Source: Meyerozyma guilliermondii
Taxonomy: Eukaryota
Direction: 5' to 3'
DNA: 64,000 nucleotides
Assembly: GCA_051546255.1 (NCBI GenBank)
Contig: CP128819.1
Location: 124,001-188,000, forward strand
This document shows, piece by piece, positions 20,746-31,402 of this stretch (position 1 is its first letter; each line of letters starts with the position of its first letter). The position numbers and the translations under genes were made by a program. Under the pieces are notes generated by a model that searched no databases, had not been told where the DNA came from, and saw nothing but the letters and a program-made list of their open reading frames with translations.

Positions 20746-21540
20746 ATGAGCGCACTCGATCTCAAGGCACTTTCCATATTCATCAACACTCCGGTGTCTC
20801 AAGATATGATCCACAAGTTGGTTGTTTCCACCCTCCAAGTTCTCCCCTGTGGAAACACTTTGGAGCCAATTCCTGGTAAGGACCGCACCCTTCCCTCGCT
20901 CATGACATTTCTCACCAAATTGGTTCGCTATACCAACGTTTATACTGGTACTCTTATGGCTACTTTGGTATTGTTGAACAGATTGAAAACCAAGCTCCCG
21001 AAAAATCCTCAAGGTTTGGCGTGTACTCGTCACCGCATTCTCCTTTCGTGCTTGATTCTCAGTGCCAAGTTCCACAACGATTCATCGCCCAAAAATATCC
21101 ACTGGGCCAAGTACACCGAGGGACTTTTTTCCGTCAAGGATATCAACTTGATGGAAAGACAACTCTTGTATTTATTAAACTGGAACGTGGAGGTGCTGAA
21201 CGAGGAGATGATCGACCTGCTTGACCAATTCCTCCAGCCCATCCGTGACGATTTGGTTCGCACCGCCAAAATGCGCAAATGGGTTCAATCTCAAAGAAAC
21301 ACCACACCATTGTCACCTCCTCCATCGGTGCCTGTTGCTCGTCCAGGAACCCCTGTCATGTCCCGGTCGTCATCCAATAGCTCTACATTGAGCTTGCACA
21401 CGCGACAGGTTTCCACGACGCTGATTTCGTCGATTTCGTCCGCCGAAACGTCACCAACTTATACGGTGGATCCCAAGATAGAATACGCAGCATTGAACGA
21501 ACAACAGAAGTTGAACCGGTTGATCCAGAGTTTGACATAG
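20746..21540 (+). CDS. PCL1: Pho85 cyclin, Pcl1/Pcl2 subfamily
   Basis: LPSLMTFLTKLV...TNVYTGTLM...CTRHRILLSCLILSAKFHNDSSPKNIHW...INLMERQLLYLLNW cyclin box. Confidence 0.85.
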   Translation: MSALDLKALSIFINTPVSQDMIHKLVVSTLQVLPCGNTLEPIPGKDRTLPSLMTFLTKLVRYTNVYTGTLMATLVLLNRLKTKLPKNPQGLACTRHRILLSCLILSAKFHNDSSPKNIHWAKYTEGLFSVKDINLMERQLLYLLNWNVEVLNEEMIDLLDQFLQPIRDDLVRTAKMRKWVQSQRNTTPLSPPPSVPVARPGTPVMSRSSSNSSTLSLHTRQVSTTLISSISSAETSPTYTVDPKIEYAALNEQQKLNRLIQSLT

Positions 21541-21696
21541 CAGCAGGTCTGCATAGCATAGACAATAAAATGACAAGAATACCCCACAAGACACTTTCGT
21601 AGGATCACTCTATTTCCTTTCCATTTCAGTCTCTTGCAGTCGCGGGTCCTGCACACATATATCCCCCCAATCGGAGTAATTTTGGTTTCTTCTTCT

Positions 21697-23133
21697 ATGC
21701 GGTTTGTACGCCATTTTAGCCGTAGCCAGGCGCTATTTAAAGACAGCAAAAAAGATGCCTTGCGTTCCTTGGGCGATAGTCTACTGAAAGGTCAAGTCAA
21801 AAATGAATGGAAAGAATCTCCGAGCGAAATTCAACTCGTTTACGATAGTGTGTCGCACATGACTTCGGAAGATGTCCAAATACAGCACAATTTGGATCAA
21901 GGAGGGCAGTTTCAAACGTTCGAAAGTGACCATTACCTCGATAGAAAACGGCTTTTGCGGGAAATTCCGGACGAAATTGATATTTTTACTGCTTCTGACG
22001 AAGTGATAAAGAAGACATACCACAGCCTCGAAATGCTAGACAAGGATAAATCGGTCCAGTTCAAGTACTACAAGCGATATATCAAGCGGTATGACGACCC
22101 GGTGACTCATTTGATACAACAGTTTAACGGAATCGACTCCAAATTCAAGATGCTCAGACGACGAGAAATCGACAATCTTTCCCTTTCGCCAGGATCATTT
22201 TATTACCGGGAAAACCTCCTCAAAAACCCATACAACGTCGTAGGGTTTGACCGCAGTATCTCGGGGCTACCCTTGCGGTCCGGAAAGAACCAGCTTGAGC
22301 AGTCCTATCCTCAGGAATTTATCGAGGACTTGCAAATGTACCGCAAAAAAATTCCGGTTCAAAAGCGTGATTTGGACTTTATTGAGCCTGAAGAAGCACC
22401 CCATAACGTAGACCCTTCGAGATTGGCTCGTCCTAACATCTCGGAAATGGATAACATTCTTGACGATATCAATCATGAATTAACAACCACCAGAAATACC
22501 TTTTCCATTCGTTCCATCGGTGATTACCAGCCCATACCTATCAAAACCTCACTCCAGGTGAAGATAGAACTGGAAATCTTGGATATGAAGCTGCAGCTTC
22601 AGCAGGAAATCGAAACGGCCATGACCGCCAAAGGGTCCCGTCTTCTCATGTTCAACCAGGACGACATTCGAACCAATTTTTACAAGTTTTGCGAAGCGAA
22701 ATCATTCAAACCAGCATCAGGATCTAATATTGTCATTGTAAACTACAATATTCGTGAACTTAGCATTCTTCCGCCGTTTTATTTCACCATGAACTCGCGG
22801 AAGCAACAGCGTGGGGTACACAAACATCTCATGAAATTATTCATTATCAACTTGGAAGACCAAATCGACACCCTGATGCGGATCAAGTATCAAAGTGATG
22901 CAGAGATTACCAAATTCATGAAGAAACTTGCAAATAATATTCGCAAAGTGATCTCCACCAAACTCATGGATGTGTTTGAGAAGAAAAGTTTGGACGTTGA
23001 TGCCGTGGTTTACAAACCATTAATGGATAAGCCATTTAAGAGAATACTCTGGAGCAACAACGAGGTACGAAAGATGGTCAATACCAAACAAAAGAGTAAC
23101 TACAAGTTGATACTCGGAACATTGGAGACGTGA
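21697..23133 (+). CDS. uncharacterised protein, probably mitochondrial
   Basis: 478-aa ORF from ATG 21697; N-terminus MRFVRHFSRSQALFK looks like a presequence; no domain recognised. Confidence 0.75.
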   Translation: MRFVRHFSRSQALFKDSKKDALRSLGDSLLKGQVKNEWKESPSEIQLVYDSVSHMTSEDVQIQHNLDQGGQFQTFESDHYLDRKRLLREIPDEIDIFTASDEVIKKTYHSLEMLDKDKSVQFKYYKRYIKRYDDPVTHLIQQFNGIDSKFKMLRRREIDNLSLSPGSFYYRENLLKNPYNVVGFDRSISGLPLRSGKNQLEQSYPQEFIEDLQMYRKKIPVQKRDLDFIEPEEAPHNVDPSRLARPNISEMDNILDDINHELTTTRNTFSIRSIGDYQPIPIKTSLQVKIELEILDMKLQLQQEIETAMTAKGSRLLMFNQDDIRTNFYKFCEAKSFKPASGSNIVIVNYNIRELSILPPFYFTMNSRKQQRGVHKHLMKLFIINLEDQIDTLMRIKYQSDAEITKFMKKLANNIRKVISTKLMDVFEKKSLDVDAVVYKPLMDKPFKRILWSNNEVRKMVNTKQKSNYKLILGTLET

Positions 23134-23197
23134 GGACATCCAGTACACCGCTCGTCCTCGTATCAATTTTTTTTCATCGCACGGTTTCAAAGAACTC

Positions 23198-23482
23198 ATG
23201 GCGTACAAGAAGCTTGCTACTAACAAGAAGCTTCCGCCGTTGCCACGGCTCAAGATCCGGAAACCCACGTTGTCGAAGCTGACGAATCAGTGTTTTGTAT
23301 TGATGTCGTCACTTCTCAATTGTTGGGCTGCCAACGGAGAGGGTTCCGCTCAATGTTCAAGTTTTGAGAATGACTTGAAGGGGTGTATGGAGACATACAA
23401 GCCCAAGAAGGAGACATTGCTGTCGATCAACTACCACGCGGCGAGATTATATCCGAAGTTACTGGGTAAAGTAAATGATTAG
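23198..23482 (+). CDS. MRP10: mitochondrial small ribosomal subunit protein mS37 (twin-Cx9C type)
   Basis: LPPLPRLKIRKP...CFVLMSSLLNCW...C...C...INYHAARLY. Confidence 0.93.
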   Translation: MAYKKLATNKKLPPLPRLKIRKPTLSKLTNQCFVLMSSLLNCWAANGEGSAQCSSFENDLKGCMETYKPKKETLLSINYHAARLYPKLLGKVND

Positions 23483-24436
23483 TGTAAATAGAAATGAGAA
23501 ATGAGAATGGAATGTGTAGAAAGAGAAGGAAGGGAGAAAAGTGTGAAGAGACGAAGAGACATAGAGGGAATGCATTCTTACTTCACTGAGAGCCTACGAA
23601 TCTTGAAATATGGAAGACTTGATATTTCAATTTGAAGTATAGTTATTCGGACACACTGTAAGTTAATATTGCAATTCATATCGTTTTAGATTCTGAACCC
23701 AAATGCCTACATCATGATGTATAGTTTCATACCTTGTACAGTTTACATTTTAAGCTCTTCAAACTACAGTGTCAGCCACACTGATGAAAGAGTGTTTTAC
23801 TACTATACGCTAATTGGCATTAATACCAAAAATTTTCAATTGTAATCATTATGTAGTTTTCATTTAGTTTTAGATTCAGAAGCTATATCCACTCAAATCT
23901 TCAGTTCTTCGTCAATTCTTTCCTTTCATAGTTATTTGTCCGTAATTATATTCCGAACCGTCTCATGCCGCAGCCTGCGCCTCTTCTCAATTAGTACACC
24001 TACAAAAACTTTTAAGCGAAAAACTTCAATCTCTATACTCTTTTGCACCTTTTCAACCAGAAACCAACCTGCATACCCATTCACCCTTTACTTTTCTCGA
24101 AGTACATTTTGCATCTCTCGTGCGTGCAATATCTTTCCATGCAGCCGCAGCCGCTACGGTTCCACATCCGAACCCCAGGGAAAAAAGATCATAGTCATCA
24201 AATTACATGGTTAAAGGGCTGGGTCCCACGACACATTTACTACTAAATTACACGCTCCAAAGACGTGTATAGCTTCCTGCCACCACGGGTGACACCTTTC
24301 CATCGAAAAAGGGAGCTAATACTTGTCCAGATATTCAAATTTCATCATCTTCCATATCCAACCGAAGGTTATTTCTTCCCCAATTTCGCTTGTGGATTCC
24401 GAAAAAAACCTTTTGAAGGTTTGACCCATCGCCAAG

Positions 24437-27304
24437 ATGCGGTACGCGTTCTTGCTATTCCTTTTGGTAGTGGTTGAGGCCGCTTTCATCCAAACACAAT
24501 CATGTTCTTTCAAGTCCAAGCAATATGTGTTTGCTCCGGCTCTTGTAGACGTTGCCTTAGACGAGGACCACGATCTCCTCAAGTTCTTTGTCAACTCACA
24601 AGTTCGAAACGAATCCGCAGGAAACAATATTGTGGTAAGTGATGTCAATTCCACCACTAATCTTTTCACGACTTTACATGTGCTAATAACGTACCAAGGA
24701 AAAGTTGTTGTCAATGAAAATAGACGGCTTTGCGACCTTTTGATGGTGAAAAAATCACCTCAGTTCTACAACTCGCCCCGTTTCAATAAGCCAGCATCTT
24801 CTTCCACCCGTTCAACATTCCGTCCTTTTCCCACTGGTTTCATCCATAATGTCTCAGATGGCTCCCTGTTCTCCAAACGAGATCGTGACACTAAGCGCAA
24901 ATTCCCCTACCTCTCCGACTCAAACTCCACCATCAGCAATCTTTTCTCCAACAAAACAGGAAACCTAGTCCAATGTCCATTATACGACCAAGACTCAGTT
25001 GCATTCTACTACCAAGTAGATGTCTCCAACTACGTGCGAAGAATTGGCTCCTACAGTGCCAAGTTCACCATTGTTTCAAATGATAGTAAGGGCAGCGTAT
25101 TGGGCTGTTTCCAGATATACGTTACGCCGGTCATTTCCGATTCAATAATCGATTCCATCGTGATCGCAGTGTTGGCTCTCTTCTTAGTCACTGGCCTCAT
25201 CAACTTTTTCACCGTCATCTACTCGTCGTACCAAGAATCATCAAATCCGTTTCTTTTCATGGCCTCGACAATTTGCAACCGAGGGTTGTTGAAACAATTG
25301 GGGGCCACCGTCCAGCTAATTGCTGTCTACTTCCAGTTTGCATTTTTCATCGGTGCTCTTGATCTTCAATACCCGGGGTTCTATCAGCCGATGGTTTCCA
25401 GCATACGATGGTGTTCGTTACTTGGTTTCAATTTCATTGGCTCCCTGGGTGTCACAGGACGACACCGTGATAATGTATACTTCACCCTCAACATCGGCGG
25501 ACTCAAAACCTTGGCATCATACACTTCCATCCACCTGAGTACCATTGCGTGGCCCAATTTTATGATCTCTTTGGCAGTTTGGTTCGTTATTCTTATTTTG
25601 GTGCAACAAGGGTTTCTCGTTCTAAATTACTTTATGGAATGGTTACGACCCAAATCAAGATGGATCCTGATAATAACTGGGTGGAAAAGGTTCATTGCAT
25701 TCAGAGACTTCGACACAAAGAGAGACATCTCTTTCATTCTAGGACAACTTGTCAGCCATTTTATGTTACTTTTCGGATTTCCATTTCTCGTGCTCACTTC
25801 CTACGTGATGGTCGAAGCCGCTAATCTTAATGGAAGACACAAGTTCCCTTTTATTTTCCAGGACGTGAGACGTGCTGCTTATTCTGAAACAAGCACATAC
25901 CAGCAACTATTCGCCCCGCTACTGGCGTTTGCTCAACACAAAAAGCCACCAAAAGGCTTGAATTCCACAACCACATTTAACACCACAAAGGCACTCGCAA
26001 ACACCCTCATCCCATTACGCAACTCCACGCTCAACTCGAACGTTCCGCTCACAAGAGACCCAATAGCTTCGGCGTTCCGCTCGTATAGAAACGTTTCTAC
26101 TCCAATTGTTGCGCTATCAGTGATTTTTTTCGCTCTTTGGATTGGTCTTGCATTTTACTTGATATTCGGCTACATTGTCAAAATTTCTCAGTGCAGAATC
26201 ACCCAGAATGACAGGGTCAAAAAACTCTATACTTCAGTGAAAACCATTTTGATTTGGTCGCCGTTTTATCACCTGTACCATCCGAACAAGGTGTATTTTG
26301 TGATTATTGATCTTCTTACGTTGATGTTCCGTCTGTTGATAGTCGGCTGTCTTCAAACTAACGGAGCTTACCAAGTTGGAGCTCTAATTGTTCTTGAAGT
26401 CGCATACGTGATATTGCATTTTGGAATCTGGCCGTTTTTCGTCGACTTTTCATTGTGCAGCACAAAGACCATCATACCACCAGCACGGTTGCTAGTGACT
26501 TTTCTTTGCATTCCTTTGATAAGAGAGCTCAATTACTCTGAAGATATGAGGTCAAGGGTAGCATTTGCACATTTTGGTGTACATTTGTTTGTGGTGGTGG
26601 TGTTTCTTGTGCAATTGGTCTATGGTGTTGTGATTACCATAAGGTCCATTGTCAAAGCAAAACGCTCACTGGACCTGACTGGAAGCAATTTGAAAAAACA
26701 CACCAGCTATGATTCATTCGCAGCCGCTTTTGATTACCAGCATGTTTTGCAAAAAAAGAAAATGCCTGCGGTAGATGAAGATGTCAACTCTGGTTCCGTC
26801 AACGACTCAGTTTCTGAAGTGTTATACTACCGCTCAGGAACCATATTCGAAGCCCGCAGTGATGATCTGGACTCTATCGCGCTGCTGAGATCCATCATTT
26901 TCAAAGGCACTTCCGACCAAGCAGAGTCTGTTACTGTCGCCAACGATACTTCAGATGAAGCACAGTCTTACACGCCAAAGAGAAACGACTATACTTTCCG
27001 AGAAGCAGATCTTATTTACCGCAAATATTTCACTGGTGATCTGGTTGATCCAGATATCAAAGCAATGTGGGATGCCAGACAAATTTGGGATACCCAGGAA
27101 CTGCGAAATAATAAGGAAATTATGGAGAAAATACAGTCACCGCAAACCAATAATGGGCCTGCCGGTCGTTTGTGCAATCTTTTTGGCAAAAAACAACCCG
27201 TTGAGCGAAGCTTTCATGTTTCTCGTCCACGCAAGTTGATAGTGAAAAAATTAGAGGATGACGGAAATTCACTGTTGACCAGTGATTCCACCTCTACTAA
27301 GTAG
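24437..27304 (+). CDS. TRP-like / FLC-family integral membrane protein with luminal ML-like N-domain
   Basis: Signal peptide, Cys-containing luminal domain with many N-X-S/T sites, YFQFAFFIGALDLQYPGFYQP motif, multiple transmembrane helices. Confidence 0.75.
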   Translation: MRYAFLLFLLVVVEAAFIQTQSCSFKSKQYVFAPALVDVALDEDHDLLKFFVNSQVRNESAGNNIVVSDVNSTTNLFTTLHVLITYQGKVVVNENRRLCDLLMVKKSPQFYNSPRFNKPASSSTRSTFRPFPTGFIHNVSDGSLFSKRDRDTKRKFPYLSDSNSTISNLFSNKTGNLVQCPLYDQDSVAFYYQVDVSNYVRRIGSYSAKFTIVSNDSKGSVLGCFQIYVTPVISDSIIDSIVIAVLALFLVTGLINFFTVIYSSYQESSNPFLFMASTICNRGLLKQLGATVQLIAVYFQFAFFIGALDLQYPGFYQPMVSSIRWCSLLGFNFIGSLGVTGRHRDNVYFTLNIGGLKTLASYTSIHLSTIAWPNFMISLAVWFVILILVQQGFLVLNYFMEWLRPKSRWILIITGWKRFIAFRDFDTKRDISFILGQLVSHFMLLFGFPFLVLTSYVMVEAANLNGRHKFPFIFQDVRRAAYSETSTYQQLFAPLLAFAQHKKPPKGLNSTTTFNTTKALANTLIPLRNSTLNSNVPLTRDPIASAFRSYRNVSTPIVALSVIFFALWIGLAFYLIFGYIVKISQCRITQNDRVKKLYTSVKTILIWSPFYHLYHPNKVYFVIIDLLTLMFRLLIVGCLQTNGAYQVGALIVLEVAYVILHFGIWPFFVDFSLCSTKTIIPPARLLVTFLCIPLIRELNYSEDMRSRVAFAHFGVHLFVVVVFLVQLVYGVVITIRSIVKAKRSLDLTGSNLKKHTSYDSFAAAFDYQHVLQKKKMPAVDEDVNSGSVNDSVSEVLYYRSGTIFEARSDDLDSIALLRSIIFKGTSDQAESVTVANDTSDEAQSYTPKRNDYTFREADLIYRKYFTGDLVDPDIKAMWDARQIWDTQELRNNKEIMEKIQSPQTNNGPAGRLCNLFGKKQPVERSFHVSRPRKLIVKKLEDDGNSLLTSDSTSTK

Positions 27305-27437
27305 TACAGTACATGTATTCACGATTACTGAACGAAGTAGGTTTTAAGGAGCTAAATCTTATCTATTATTTTAATATTAACATTACCCTCTTTTGCTTGT
27401 ACGTATTTCCAATCTAATCATTTCTCTAGCTCAGTGA

Positions 27438-28907
27438 TTAATGGAGCTCATCTAAAAATTTTTTGTTCACGATACTTTTAATGAAGGCTTCATCCAGAAT
27501 AAAGCTGTATTTGACGTCACCCTTGCGAAAAACGGCATTGGTGTCAGAACAGGTTTTGAATGATTTGTATTCCGACCTCAAAACCGCCATCGCTAAACTG
27601 GCTCGGTCGTGTTTGGGGTCGCTGGTGAATTCTTCAGCGGCAGCTTTTGGGTATTGCTTCAAGCGGAGATCTAAAATATCTTTGTAGGTTTGCTCAAAAC
27701 ATTTGGTCAACTTTCCTGATTCTATCAACTTGTAGCACTTTTTGAAAACACGGGAAACGAGCTGATACTTGGACTCGTCGCTCAAGTGCTCCATTGAATT
27801 TAGTGAATTAATGCTAGCAAGCACCGTGAGTACTTGAATGATGAAAATGAATTCAATAATGACTTCCCGACTCACGAAACAATCGTAGGAATCAAGTACG
27901 ATGTCAGCCCAGCGGCCCGACTCATCGTTGTCTACGATTTGCGACATGATGGAAAGAAGCTCGTCGACATACTTTGCGGTAAATTGGCCCCTGGACACAA
28001 AATAATCTTTTATCAAGGACAAAGGCACCTCACCGAAATCGTGCTCGGAACCATTCCATTCAACATAACCGTAGCGTCGCAAGATCTCCGAGTTTGGGTG
28101 ATCTGAGTAGGTGTTGTAGATCTGATTTCCCTTAGGAATTGGTTTGATCGCTATCATCACCAACGAGTCGGGTGTATACACAAGACTAGCGTTGTGGAGT
28201 TTTGTATCTGCGTTCAAGGTATCAGCCAAAGGAATCATCGATTTGAAAAAATTGAGCTCAAGCAACTCCTCAGCGTTCTCCATGTCCATAGGCTCATCGC
28301 TGTCTCCGTTACTTTCCGGGTCAAATTTCTCGACATCAAACGAATAAGACATGATTATCGATGCCACTTGGTTATACGTTTGAAGTGTAACTTCCGCAAG
28401 CTCCGGCAACTGCAATTGTTGCGATACGTAGGCGGGAAAGAGCTTTTCGTACACGCCTTCGGCAACGTCTTTTCCCACTCTTTCCACGATTAGCGAGGGA
28501 GAAAGTAACTTCAATTCGGCGTCGGTCCAAAACATCAACTGGTTGAACTCAAGATTGTCGGTGTCCTTGATAGGCAACACATTGAAGTATGGAACCCACC
28601 GAGACTTTGATTTGAGCACTTCTAGCTCGTAAAGAAGCACAATGGTCAATTGTTCCCAATGAGTTAACGCTAGAAGATTATCACGAATATCCGGTTTGTC
28701 CACCAACAACTGGCTATTTTCCACATTGAGTATCGACAGTCGAGGGATCAGAAAAAGCTCTTCTTCCGGCACTATATCTTCGGTAGCGACCAACCCCCTG
28801 CCCTGGAATTGGTGGCGTAGGTCTGCTATAGCAACCTTGGGCAGAATGGTGATGTTCTGGCGAGCGAGCCACTGCTCAAATTCACGAGTAGCCGGTTCAA
28901 AATGCAT
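27438..28907 (-). CDS. RKM4: SET-domain ribosomal lysine N-methyltransferase
   Basis: QGRGLVA, SIIMSYSFDV, MIPLADTLNAD, QIYNTYSDHPNSEILRRYGYV. Confidence 0.9.
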   Translation of the reverse strand: MHFEPATREFEQWLARQNITILPKVAIADLRHQFQGRGLVATEDIVPEEELFLIPRLSILNVENSQLLVDKPDIRDNLLALTHWEQLTIVLLYELEVLKSKSRWVPYFNVLPIKDTDNLEFNQLMFWTDAELKLLSPSLIVERVGKDVAEGVYEKLFPAYVSQQLQLPELAEVTLQTYNQVASIIMSYSFDVEKFDPESNGDSDEPMDMENAEELLELNFFKSMIPLADTLNADTKLHNASLVYTPDSLVMIAIKPIPKGNQIYNTYSDHPNSEILRRYGYVEWNGSEHDFGEVPLSLIKDYFVSRGQFTAKYVDELLSIMSQIVDNDESGRWADIVLDSYDCFVSREVIIEFIFIIQVLTVLASINSLNSMEHLSDESKYQLVSRVFKKCYKLIESGKLTKCFEQTYKDILDLRLKQYPKAAAEEFTSDPKHDRASLAMAVLRSEYKSFKTCSDTNAVFRKGDVKYSFILDEAFIKSIVNKKFLDELH

Positions 28908-28999
28908 AGTGAGGGAGGTGGTGGGTTCGAGGCGGGACCCTGCGGCGATGATGCAGACAAATGGTAGTTAAAGTTTAATTGAGTGGGCCCACTGATAGC

Positions 29000-29109
29000 T
29001 GCGAATAAAATGCGATGCGATGCACAATTGCGAATTCTCGCGACGAAAATTAGTGCGAATCAGTGGGAATTTAGTGGGTGCGAATAGTGGGTGCAATATT
29101 TGTGCGAAT
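29000..29109. repeat. TGCGAAT repeated with about 25-bp period between BUB3 and RKM4
   Basis: TGCGAAT at 29000, 29029, 29054, 29079, 29103. Confidence 0.65.
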
Positions 29110-29134
29110 TGCAACTTCGTCGCAATTCGGCAAT

Positions 29135-30112
29135 TCACCCCATAACATACAACTCGCTGGATCTCGTGGCTCTTTTCCCCACCCGGTACGAGTCGTCACA
29201 CACAGCAACCGCCAACGTCGGTCCGCAAATTTGCATCTTAGTGACAGCGCCAGAAAACCCGCTATGCTGCTTGATTCGCCGGCGGCCATGCCAGTCCCAA
29301 GTGCACACGGCACCATCTGAGCCGGCAGTATAAAGTATGGAATCGTGATTTTGGTCGAATTCGAGGGCATTGACTGGATAAACGGTGTCTTCGGACTCGT
29401 TTTTACCACCGGTTCTATGGCATTTAAATGCATACTTTCGCGCTTGGACCCCGGCAGAAACATCAAAGTATTCCACGGCTACCCGGCCGTCAATGGTAGC
29501 TAGAGCGTAGCCCTTTCCATTGGGAAAACACCGTATATCACTGGTTTGATGCTTGAGTCCGGTTTCTCGCCGTTGCACCGGTTGGTCAAATTTGCGGCTG
29601 TCGTATATATGCACCTTGTGGGCCTCCATTCCCAAAACAACATAGGTATCCGAAACGTCCATCGCAAACACTTTATGCTCAAGATTTACCAGCTGAACTG
29701 CCTTGGCTTGCCGAGGATCTAGCTGCAAAAAATTGCCGTTATACTTGGCTGCAAATAACTTGGAATCAATTACACCCATTCCCGCTACTGCATCTAGCCC
29801 TGGGGAAGACGAACACACACCAAGTTCATCAGCCATTTCCCACAACTTCAGGTTTTCCAAATCCAAAGATCCCACCGCGCCGGTATCGGTTCCAACGTAA
29901 ACGGATCCGGAACCATCCACCGCCATGCTCAGGATTACATTGTTGATATGGAATTGAGTCTCTTGTCGTTCGTACTGATTACAGTCATATAACAAAATAC
30001 CCGTATTTACCGACGCCACTAGCAAGTTTTGGGCTGCCACATTGAAGGCAAGTGCTGTCACAGCCCCCAAATCGCCGGGAGAGCTCAATTTGGTGAATGC
30101 ATTGGGAGGCAT
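29135..30112 (-). CDS. BUB3: spindle checkpoint WD40 protein Bub3
   Basis: RRETGLKHQT, GYALATIDGRVAVEYF, KYAFKCHR, VYPVNALEF, TAGSDG. Confidence 0.9.
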   Translation of the reverse strand: MPPNAFTKLSSPGDLGAVTALAFNVAAQNLLVASVNTGILLYDCNQYERQETQFHINNVILSMAVDGSGSVYVGTDTGAVGSLDLENLKLWEMADELGVCSSSPGLDAVAGMGVIDSKLFAAKYNGNFLQLDPRQAKAVQLVNLEHKVFAMDVSDTYVVLGMEAHKVHIYDSRKFDQPVQRRETGLKHQTSDIRCFPNGKGYALATIDGRVAVEYFDVSAGVQARKYAFKCHRTGGKNESEDTVYPVNALEFDQNHDSILYTAGSDGAVCTWDWHGRRRIKQHSGFSGAVTKMQICGPTLAVAVCDDSYRVGKRATRSSELYVMG

Positions 30113-30189
30113 TTGTGAAGAGAAACTTCAACTGGTTTCGCGATTTGAGTGCGATCCCGTATGCACGCCGCAAAGTTGCAAATAAGGCT

Positions 30190-31257
30190 CTAATTGTGCT
30201 TTTCTGCTTCTTGCAATTTCCACTGCCTGATTTCGGCCGGGTCCTGGTCCGGCTCCACCCATTGAAACCCATCACCGTGGCGCTGCCAAAACTCGAGAAA
30301 ATCCACTTCTTCGTCAACTGGACCCATCACCATTTTCCGCTTTTGAACTTCAAGCCGAATCATATTCAGTACTTTCACCACTTCTGAGACTCCTTCTTGC
30401 TCAATTTCTGATTGTGGGGCTTCAAGTATCATATCGTTGTGGGAAAAGATATTTAAAGGGGTATTCTGTCGTGCTTCACTGACATGAAAGTTGCGAACAT
30501 TCAACTCATTATGCTCTTCGAAATGGGTCACAATGCGATTCACCATTTCAAGCTCCTCCCGGTGCATGTGCTTGTACAACAGGGACATGTACGGTCTCCA
30601 TTTGACCCGGGAAAGTCCACTTCCATTCTGGACCAAATTCAATCCCAATGCAAGGCACCCAGCAAGCGCCATATTCGACACACAAAAGTGAGACCACTCC
30701 GCAGATAACACAGACGCCTCTGCTATGCCCCACGCCGCACCAATTGCTTGTGAAACCATCATCGTGCGTAACCATTCTTGTCTTCCGGTGCGCAAACTTC
30801 GGTGCGAACAAACGACTCTGTCCACCAAATTGAAGCTATTTGAATAGTCTTTTTGATGTAGCAACGTCCTCAATGCCACTCTGGTAATGCTGGGCTCTGC
30901 TACAGTAGACGCTAGATCTATAATTCGTGAAGATACCTTTGGTTGGGGGTGCTCAAGCAAGTACCTCGAAGCCACATTTGCATCGATTTGACTTCTGTGC
31001 TTCTGAAAAAAGTCCCAGAGCTTGGTTTCGATCTCATGGTTACTCACAAGTCTCAATTGCAACAAATCAGACCATTTTGTGGAAATTGTGTGAGGTTTTC
31101 GATGGTGATTTTGTTGAAGATGGCGTGCCGCAACAATACAATCCACCAAAGCACTTGGATGAGAGCCTGTAGGATGCTCCACTGCAAACTTTTCGAGCCG
31201 ACGAACGAAGGTTTCGGTGTTTAGCGGAGGCCGACAGAAGTATCCTCCATACTTCAT
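30190..31257 (-). CDS. uncharacterised protein with two hydrophobic segments
   Basis: 355-aa ORF from first ATG 31257; aromatic/acidic C-terminus FLEFWQRHGDGFQWVEPDQDPAE; no family recognised. Confidence 0.7.
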   Translation of the reverse strand: MKYGGYFCRPPLNTETFVRRLEKFAVEHPTGSHPSALVDCIVAARHLQQNHHRKPHTISTKWSDLLQLRLVSNHEIETKLWDFFQKHRSQIDANVASRYLLEHPQPKVSSRIIDLASTVAEPSITRVALRTLLHQKDYSNSFNLVDRVVCSHRSLRTGRQEWLRTMMVSQAIGAAWGIAEASVLSAEWSHFCVSNMALAGCLALGLNLVQNGSGLSRVKWRPYMSLLYKHMHREELEMVNRIVTHFEEHNELNVRNFHVSEARQNTPLNIFSHNDMILEAPQSEIEQEGVSEVVKVLNMIRLEVQKRKMVMGPVDEEVDFLEFWQRHGDGFQWVEPDQDPAEIRQWKLQEAEKHN

Positions 31258-31402
31258 AAACGATTTTCGAGCGTCTACTGCATATGCAAAAATGTGCCAA
31301 TCTCGACCTGTACCCAATTAGCTTTCCTAATCGGGACAATGATAAACATCCCTGCGAAACAACTGATTCATTTCAATCTCAACCTTAAGTTTTAAGCTAT
31401 TC

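Noticed and set aside
23580..23940. AT-rich spacer as snoRNA, centromere or origin
   Set aside because: TGATGA at 23782 has no downstream D box, and there are no CDE-like or other diagnostic elements.
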